From NCBI GenBank assembly GCA_951406725.2, contig OX597820.1, positions 39,308,001 through 39,372,000 of the forward strand: a stretch of DNA of 64,000 bases, read 5' to 3'. The number at the start of each line of letters is the position of its first letter. Position 1 is the stretch's first letter. The stretch is from Octopus vulgaris (lineage: Eukaryota). Below, piece by piece: positions 54,924 through 64,000 of the stretch. The notes beneath the pieces are model-generated. The model worked only from the letters and a program-made list of their open reading frames with translations, had not been told where the DNA came from and did not search any database. The position numbers and the translations under genes are program-made.

Positions 54924-55347
54924 GGATTTTTTCGGTTTGAACGGCAGTTTTTAGGTAACTAAAAAATTTTAAACTTCGTATACTTGTAGAATGTGTTTAT
55001 AAAACATCTTTTTCTCTTGGCTTTATTGAGAAAATTCTATAGTTTGTAAGATATTTGTTGTTTATTTTCTTCAATTTCTGCAATTTCAACCAATCAATGA
55101 CGTCCATTGAGGTAAAAAAAAACATTCTGTGCTGTATGAATATGTCCATCGTTTAAGAAACAGATTGGATTTATTTACATTTGTGAAGAAAAAAAGATAC
55201 CCTTCCCCCCACCACTAACCCTAACCCTAAGTAACCCTAACCCTAAAACAGATTGAAATGCAATAGATCTATACTAGGGTCATAATTATGGGTGACAATT
55301 TCATATGACACTGCTAGAAAAAACTGCCGTTCAAACCGAAAAGATCC
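54924..55347. mobile_element. Second MITE of the GGATC family, intact
   Basis: TIRs ggattttttcggtttgaacggcagttttt / aaaaactgccgttcaaaccgaaaagatcc; TSD ATTTTCTG on both sides; internal CCCTAA repeats. Confidence 0.9.
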
Positions 55348-56467
55348 ATTTTCTGTCCAAAAGTCTTTGTTTTAACCCAATATTTACACGTCATCAATCA
55401 TAGCTTTTCTACATCGAGTTCCACCGTTAAAAACGAATTATTTCACTTCTTTCAAAGTTTCTAAATCTTCATGACGTTAACAACATTTATTTTTACATCA
55501 CATCTCTTCATAACCAGCCAACATTTGGTGCTTATATTAATTCATTAAACATTATTGTTGTTATGTAAGTTAATAGTGATAGGTTTAGTTGTATTCGAGC
55601 TTGGTATACTTTAAATAGCGATAAGCTACTATTCTCCCTATAAAAAAAATGGAATACTCTATTTCTAATAAAGCGGAAACCAATACGTAAACTAATCATG
55701 TTGGCCGCAGTGTTCAGACCACAGTAAAAGCATGCAATTTATCCACCGTATATTCTTTCACAGTACTGAAACCAAAAATGTGTTTACCAAATACACACAC
55801 TCATAACTTTAGCTAATAGCTCCGCATATCCAAGTGCAGGTGTTTCGATTCATTACTAAGCGTTAGTGTTTGAAAAGCCAATTCAGCTATTTATGATTAG
55901 ATTCAGTTGAACTTTTTTTGTCTTTTTCCAACATTATGTGCTTCTCAATGATATCAGCAGATTTTAGTTCTCCGCTGAGCTTTCTCTTTGTGTCGAATTT
56001 TCGATACTTTTTACTGTGTTAGGGTATGTAATGTAATTCCTAATGAATTGCAATTCACCTGGGATTTTTTCAAATCTCATTTTCAAATATTAGATTCCAG
56101 GCAAGAGAATTATTGTGTTCCTGTTTGAAGAACCGAGAAAACTGCAGCACTTCCGTTCACTTCTGTTTATTTAGCCATGTTTTGTTTAATCATGGATAAA
56201 AATATATAATCGCTCTGTATTGCCAGTGTTTGATTGAGTTTGATTAGTTTGGTTTTGTGTTTTAAGATTATTATAAACTTTGTTGCAAGAGAAATGTTGG
56301 ATTTAGACTTTTGTTGTTCTATTTTTTTTTTAATGAATAAAAACAATCATTTGCGGATTCATACCAAATGTTTAGAATCCAGAATATTCTGTATTTAGAG
56401 AAAATTGTCTGTTCTGAATATCAAGTTGTTATCATTGAAATTTTGTTTAATAGCTACTGTTCACATT

Positions 56468-56872
56468 TTATCTTTTATCTTTTAATTGTTTCAACCACTA
56501 TCCTGTGGCCATGCTGGAGTACTGCCTTGAAACCTTTTAGTCGAACGGATCGATCCCAGTACCTATTCTTTTAAAGCCTGGTACTTATTATATCAATACC
56601 TTTCGTTGAACCCCCTAAGTTACTTGGATGTAAACAAACTACACCGGTTGTCAAGCGGTGGTGGGAATAAACACAAACACAAAGCCACACACATTGTTAT
56701 ATACATGTTTATACATGACTGATTTCCACGCAGTTTCCGTCAACCAAATCTATTCACAAGGCTTTGGTCGGCCCGGGGCAATAGTAAAAGTCACATACCC
56801 AAATACCACACAGTGGGAGTGAACCCAAACCCATATGGTTGAGAAACAAAGTTCTTATCACACAGCCACACC
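56468..56872 (-). mobile_element. SINE family A
   Basis: Colinear with 29062-29452. Confidence 0.8.
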
Positions 56873-57330
56873 TTAATTTGTCATAGCATGAGTATAAGGT
56901 TATAGAATAGAACACTTGCGTTCCACAATAAAGAACCTGAAATATATAATATAGATAAATAGATACTAATCAAATATAGTGGTCGATTAAATCCTACAAA
57001 TCTATTCCCATAAATCTTTAGATTTAAATCCCCAACTGGGAATATAAAGGGACACAATATAAACTATTATATAAACTATAATACTTTTTAAGTCTGCTAC
57101 ATGAAAATATTGATTTCTTAGATTGGCACAGAGCTAAGAGTAGATGCTTTTAGTACAGTTGATGGGTTCGGTGGGAGATGCAATCTAACTTGGAAATTCA
57201 GAGAAACATGTTAGAAGCCATAAGAAAACCAGAACCGGTAGATACAGAATCTTGATACGTGAATATTTACCAATCAAATTAAGTCTTTATTTTAGATTTG
57301 GTGTGTAGTTTATGTGTGTGTGTGTGTGTG

Positions 57331-57415
57331 AGAAAGAAAGAAAGAAAGAGAGAAAGAAAGAAAGAAAGAATGAAAGAAAGGAAGGAAGGAAGAAAGAAAG
57401 AAATGAAGGAAGAAA

Positions 57416-57461
<46 letters not shown>

Positions 57462-57581
57462 AAAGAAGGAAGAAAGAAAGGAAGAAAGACAGGAAGAGGG
57501 AAAGGAAGAAAGAAAGAAAGAAAAGAAGGAAGAAAGAAAGGAAGAAAGACAGGAAGAGGGAAAGGAAGAGGGAAAGTAAGT

Positions 57582-57669
<88 letters not shown>

Positions 57670-57690
57670 ACGAACGAAAGAAGGAAAGAA
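57331..57690. repeat. (GAAA)n purine tract with an internal 60-bp duplication
   Basis: Direct reading. Confidence 0.95.
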
Positions 57691-58069
57691 ATAGAGCATC
57701 AAGGTCCTTGGTATATTAGTAGCACACTAATGCATCTGACATCTGAGCTTTATAGAGTTTCAGGAACTGATCAGTGCTGAATCGGTGAGTCGAACAAGGT
57801 GTCCTTTATGGATAATAAAAAATCAGATGAGTCGAACAGGGATACGGGTATCCTTATTCTGAGACGAATAATTCTGATAGTTCTGAATGATTAATGTGAA
57901 ATTTCAACAATAATGCAAGGCTGGTTCATTTCAATATTTCATTTTCTATTGTAGATAGCTATTGCTTTTTGCAGGATATGTATTGTACAGGCTGCCGTCA
58001 CTCAAGAGCGAAAATGGTTTGGGAATATGTACCACGTTTTCTCGCATTGTTTGAGGCGCTTATGTTGCT

Positions 58070-58312
58070 GTGAGTACACATAGACAGTACCTTGTTCCCT
58101 TCTCTCTTGACTCAGCAGAGCTTCGAAGATACAACAGCTGGGAGAAGAGAAAGGGCTGTACAAGCACCTGATTGGTAATCAGTACAGCTAAGTAGACATG
58201 AGCAAGGTGAAGTGAAGTGCCTTGCTCAGGAACACACTTCAACCTTGGTCCAGCAATTGAATATTCAGCCTTTGGATTATCAACGAACAGCCTAATCACT
58301 AATCTACACAAC
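58070..58312 (-). mobile_element. Diverged tRNA-derived SINE
   Basis: Reverse complement has tagtgattagg head and gtgttcctgagcaaggcacttcac core. Confidence 0.5.
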
Positions 58313-58690
58313 TTCAGGTATACAACTGTAACACCATCTTTCCGAACACTGATAGTCTAGAACTTTATATAATCAGCACTAATTTACTCTATGTACATGT
58401 ATTTCATTTAATTATGTAAGTAAATATAATATTTGCTCACCTTAGATTATGTTGATCAAGATGATCAACACACTTTATAAGCTCAGAAAAATCAATAACC
58501 CGGGATGGCTTTAGAACCAAAAGTTCTGGAAAATCGATGTTGCCCTTGTATAATATTTGTGATAATACTTTAATCAATTTCACAAACTAAAGCCGCTAGA
58601 GTTTAACAATATGGAAAAACATCCGTCAGTGGCAACAGAGTGTGATTTCGTAGCCCTTTCTATGTCTTCATTCAATTTTATTTAATGTGT

Positions 58691-59405
58691 AAGGCGGCGA
58701 GCTGGCAGAAACGTTAGCACCCCGGGCGAAATGCTTTGCGGTATTTCGTCTGCCACTACGTTCTGAGTTCAAATTCCGCCGAGGTCGACTTTGCCTTTCA
58801 TCCTTTCGGGGTCGATAAATTAAGTACCAGTTACGCACTGGGTTCGATATAATCGACTTAATCCGTTTGTCTGTCCTTGTTTGTCCTCTCTGTGTTTAGC
58901 CCCTTGTGGGTAGTAAAGAAACAAATAATATGGAAAAACATCCGTCAGTGGCAACACAGTATGATTTCATAGCCCTTTCTATGTCTTCATTCAATTTTAT
59001 TTGGTGTGTAAGGCGGCGAGCTGGCAGAAACGTTGGCACGCCGGGCGAAATGCCTTGCCGTATTCCGTCTGCCGTTACGCTCTGGGTTCAAATTCCGCCC
59101 AGGTCGACTTTGCCTTGCATTCTTTCGGGGTCGATAAATTAAGTACCAGTTACGCACTGGGGTCGATGTATCGACTTAATCCGTTTGTCTGTCCTTGTTT
59201 GTCCTCTCTGTGTTTAGCCCCTTGTGGGTAGTAAAGAAATAGGTATTTCGTCTGTCTTTACGTTCTGAATTCAGATTCCGCCGAGGTCGACTTTACTTTT
59301 ATCTTTTTGGGATCCATAAATTAAGTACGAGTACGCAACTGGGGTTGATCTAATCGACTGGTCATCTCCCCCAAAAATTTCGTACCTTGTGCCTAAAGTA
59401 GAAAA
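58691..59405 (+). mobile_element. SINE family B, two copies (58691-58921 and 59010-59405), the second with an internal repeat
   Basis: aggcggcgagctggcagaaacgtt head, B-box-like gagttcaaattcc, and gcctttcatcctttcggggtcgataaattaagtacc domain. Confidence 0.9.
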
Positions 59406-60279
59406 TAATTTTATTTGGTGCGTATGTAGTGACGCGTACAATTAGACACCCACTCGCCTCGTAGGCTTGGTTGAACCAACGGAGCATCGGGTGGGTGGAA
59501 GGGTAACAGAGGAGAGAGAAAAAGGACTGTTGCTACGCGCTTCCAGCTAAGTAGACGAGGGCAACGAAACGTGCCACCCGATCTTTGTATCGAACTCACA
59601 ACTTATAACCGTGAGACCAACACCGCTACACTCATATGTCGTGAAATATTTTTGTTTATTTTCATGAAAAATTTTCAAAGACGTAACTTTTCTTGAAGAC
59701 AATAAATCATGTTCGCTTTGTTTTTTTTTTTTTTGTTTTTTAATTAAAGAAAACAATTTAATTTTCTCTAGATTTATGTACTTTTAATCGTATTACGAAT
59801 TTATTGAAATTTTTTCTCTTCCTGCATTTCAATGTATGCAGCATTCCTTGTTTGTTTCGTGCTTTTATATGTTTGTTTTCTAACCTTATTTATCATCCAT
59901 CGTAACTGTCATTTCTTTGACAGTTATAATTAAATTTATGATAAACTCTTGAAGCTTTTTAATATTTATTTGATATTTTTTATCGTTATTTATGAAGCTT
60001 CTATGTATGTGAACTTCTCTGAGCCAGAAACATAAATACATCTACCTCAAACACTAAAATATCAATACGTAAGTAACCTACTTAATGTAATTTCCAAGGT
60101 AGGTTTCCATAATGGATAAGTCAATGAAGGAGCGACTTTGGACGATCGACCTGCCAGAAACAACAGCTAAATACGTATCAAACAACGGCTTTGTCTGTTT
60201 CTATTTGTTTTTGCAGGTCCTTCGAGACCGATGACACAGGGGAATGTTTATCTATTCACATTCTCCTCTCGCTATTCCT

Positions 60280-60900
60280 GGAATGGTCGATGTTGTAGAG
60301 TTCTCATGCATCTCATCCATAGGGTCTTTTTAACCTCTGACTGACTTGAGTATGCTAAAGGGCTTGTACCTCTGGAAAGACACCAAACCAACGGCAATCT
60401 GGGCATGATATTGCCAGTTTTTAAAAAGATACAAGAGAGGGGATTCTAATCATAGAGGAATTTCCCTTTTGAGCATCCTCGGTAAAATCTTCGTTAGACG
60501 CCTGGAAAAGAGATGTACGGAAATTGTCAAACCTAAGCTACCCGAAGTAGAATGTGGCTTCCTCTTAAACCCAAGCACAATTTACCAGATATTCAAACTA
60601 TGACAGGTCTTGGAGAAATCGAGAAAATATTGCCAATAGTTATATACTTGCTTTGTAGACCTCGGAAAAGCATATGGCCGCGTGCCTGGGCCATGCTGTG
60701 GCGGGGTTCACAGGAGTATGGGACTAATGGACTAATGAAGCCTCTATACGAATGCCCTGGTATTTGCATTCGGGTAAATAGTGCTTTCAACGTGAGTGTT
60801 GGACTTCAGCACAGGTGCGTATTGTCACCTCCTTTATTCATAATTTTTATGATGTGGATTAACAGACACCGCTGTTGTGAAAGTGACGCTATTAATGTTT
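60280..60900 (+). pseudogene. RTE-clade LINE RT remnant
   Basis: RGISLLSILGKIF..RLEKR, ECGF, CFVDLGKAYGRVP, VGLQHRCVLSPPLFIIFM over broken frames. Confidence 0.85.
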
Positions 60901-61942
60901 AAAGTCTTTAAAAGTTGCGCTTGTAGAAAAGATACGAACGTGGAGGAGATCACAGAGGAAACTTTCCTGAGGAGTTAAGATTGAGGGTAGTGATTTTTGC
61001 GGTGTTTGGTGTAACCATGTGGAAAGAGAGAAGTCGTTGGGTTGAGCTTGAATAGAAGAGGCAGAAGACCAGTTAGCTCTTCATGAAAACTTAGACTATT
61101 CTTATATAAGACCACAATACTTGATGTTACCCGAGTGTAAACTGTTCTAGAAGAAAAGACGACGTGGTCATGGTTGAAATGTGCTTTAATCGTGGTTCTG
61201 GCTGTTCTAATCTAACTGCCCTGGGGCTGAACAACAACAAAACAAGTGACAAACAAAAGAAGATTTTGACTGCACTATAACCTGATACGTCTGTGCCATC
61301 AATTATATATTACACTGCTAAATATATGTGTCAACGCAATACTAACATGTACTAGTAAATTCATCTCAGTCATTGAGTTTATTTTTATTTCAGTATACTG
61401 ATTTCGGACACAAATCAATGTACAGTATTGTACATCTATTTAATGGTTCTGTTATCACCATCTTTATAAATACACGCATGGCTGTAGAGGTCTAATAATG
61501 CTAAAACATGTCTGTCGTTGATTTCTGTTGCTAAAAGGATTAAAATAATAGTAAATAAACTGTCTTTCTATTCTTTGCATAAATATTTCTAATTAGATTT
61601 TGATGCTCTCTGCATTTAATATTTTAATATTAACTATTGTTTTTCGTGAAGATGGCGTCTCTGGATAATTAGCCTCAATGATTTATTATGTATTTATTTC
61701 TTTTGTTGTTTGTCTTTCATTCTATTTTTTTTATATGTACTGAATCAACTTTTCTGCATGAGATGTTACTACAGCAAAGTGTGGTAATATCCCATGCAGA
61801 ACACATCCAATGAACTGGCGTCTTTGGGGCGAAAAATTCAGAGTTATGGACTGCAACTTCGATTTTTAATGCAACAATAAATAACAGAAAGTCTATTGAC
61901 TGCTCTCTCCATTGTATGAGTCTAACAACAATTTAATTATGA

Positions 61943-61991
<49 letters not shown>

Positions 61992-62594
61992 TGTGTGTTC
62001 ATGTGTGTGTATACGCCCTCGTATGTGTGTTGGGGGTATGTGTTTGAAGTTGGCATTTTGCCATATCCGACTGTCGATATTCTTCTAATAGCTCTAAGTA
62101 CATTTGCTGCATGTTCATAAGTGAATAATGAGACCAATTTTAACCCCGATTTGAATGTATTTAAATAATTTCTACTGAATTCATCATATTCATTTTTCTG
62201 TCCGTTGTAATGTTTATCTTTATTTAGGAATGTTTGACTCTCAAAAGAATCAAAAGTTTTATCGTACCACCATTAATATTCACTATTCCTTTATATTCCA
62301 TTGAACCTACAACCTGAGTTACATCAGTCTCAAGTAGTTTATTCCTAGCAGCCATATTAATAACAAACTTCTATTAGTTATCTCATATAAACTTGTGTTC
62401 GATATCCTTGTATCTAGCTATCCCACGTAATTTTCTCACTGTTGAACGATATGAATCATTTTTATAAGAGTTCTTTGACATCTGGGAAACATGCTAGATA
62501 TGTATGTATATTTTTAGTCGAAAAATAGACTTCACCTATTCGGAACGAAGTAAAAGAGTTATTTGTTGGGGATTTTATCTAACAAATGAGCAAG

Positions 62595-62740
62595 AACTCT
62601 GCTATTTTATTAATACCACTTGGTTCAAAGGTAATCTGGTTATATGCAGGAGCTAAATCGATCTTTGAAGAAAACTGTAACACCGTGTAAAAATGATGAG
62701 AAATCATGAAAGTGGTGAATAGAATATTTATGAAGGCGTT
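62595..62740 (-). pseudogene. Gypsy LTR-retrotransposon RT fragment
   Basis: KYSIHHFHDFSSFLHGVTVF / SKIDLAPAYNQITFEPSGINKIA resembles the Gypsy YPIP..FSKIDL..AY.QI..KTA motif. Confidence 0.7.
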
Positions 62741-62937
62741 GGCATGACCTTCAGCATGGCTAAAGGAAACTAAAGAACAAAAAGAGCATGAGTTTCTTGG
62801 TTTGCATATACTGGTCAATACTTACTGCCAACCAAAATAGGTTTATGAGAAATATACCTTGCATGCTTCAATCCCACATTTTCTCAAATCTACTTCGTAT
62901 GTCACTGGAGAAACAAGTATGTCTTTTTTGTACGTGA

Positions 62938-62939
<2 letters not shown>

Positions 62940-62968
<29 letters not shown>

Positions 62969-63066
62969 TGTATGTATGTATGTATGTATGTATGTATGTA
63001 TGTATGTGCTTATGTATGTATGTATGTATGTATGTATGTATGTATGTATGTGCTTATGTATGTATA
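62940..63066. repeat. (TATG)n microsatellite
   Basis: Direct reading. Confidence 0.97.
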
Positions 63067-64000
63067 TGTATACATGCGCGTAGAACAGTATGCACTATCA
63101 CAAGAGGTAAGGAAAATTATTTTTTAGCGTTTTGCACGTTAGTTAAAGGGAAATGACATGAGATTGAAAATTTCTTGATGTTATTTTGCAAACTCTGCAT
63201 CTTGAGTTCATATCCTAAGTCTACCTTGCCTTTCGTTCTCTCGGGAACGACGAATTAAATATCAGTCCAGGGCAGAGATGCTTCACATTATCTATTCGAG
63301 ATCACTGTCTTCTGATAGAAACACCTGTGACGACATCGGTGCCAAGCTATGTCGGTTTTGCTTTTATTTTTGATGAGATCATTGGGCTGGAGAGGGAGAG
63401 ACATTCACATATAAGCAACTGTTAGTCTTCCATAAGGAAAAAAACTTTGCCCAGATTTGCATCTTGAAGTGGAACTTTTTCGGCGCAAACGCACAGAGGC
63501 CTCCAGGTTAGAAAACGGTGTCCGTTTATATGTGTGTGTATATATATGTTTACATACTTAAAACATTTCTATGACTGTGTCCTCTCATCTTTTAACTCCC
63601 GTCACTATCTCACATGTTTAACAGTCTCTGATTTGCTCACCTCTATATGCCTTATCTTCCTATCAACACCTGTTTCGCTTGTTATCTTTTCTGCTTTCTT
63701 CGTTGCCCTACCACTACCACTTAACTACTTAAAACATCTTAAAACTACATTTCTTTTGCAGACAAAGATCCCGCACGAAACTCTACAATTCTTTTCTACC
63801 ATAAAATAGAAATATATTCAAATTTTTCGAACTTAATTAAAAACATTTTTCCAGCACAGATCACCACTAATTTAATCGTTAACTTTTTATTATATTTTTA
63901 TGGAAATTTAACAGAGATCATAATTATTATTTTTAAAAAATAGATAACATATTTAAATAAAAATACGAAGTATAAAATAAAAAAAGTTCGAAAATTTATG

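Noticed and set aside
55214-55245. True telomere or telomerase RNA template
   Set aside because: Only a few hexamers, internal to a MITE with TSDs

Overview
AT-rich, repeat-saturated eukaryotic DNA with no recognisable host protein-coding gene. The microsatellite load and SINE types suggest a coleoid cephalopod such as Octopus (inference). Most ORFs in the track are microsatellite translations. Identifiable content: a near-intact CR1-clade LINE (49004-53810, minus) inserted into a MITE with an 8-bp TSD; decayed Tc1, mariner and hAT transposons; two non-autonomous Helitrons; Tx1/L1-like, RTE and Gypsy remnants; many tRNA-derived SINEs; and Penelope-type GIY-YIG fragments. The strongest signal is a set of minimal type-I hammerhead ribozyme (HHR) motifs. 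Two lie in homologous, terminally redundant, rod-like monomers of 261 and 355 nt with covarying stems (13117-13419 and 25109-25740; retrozyme-like). Others lie near the outer ends of divergent palindromes, mostly next to (TA)n tracts (34076-34238, 41136-42124, 42411-44031). The CR1 ORF1/ORF2 junction has a G_GGA_AAC slippery heptamer leading into an ATG-less ORF2. All calls were made by eye, with no searches or folding programs run.
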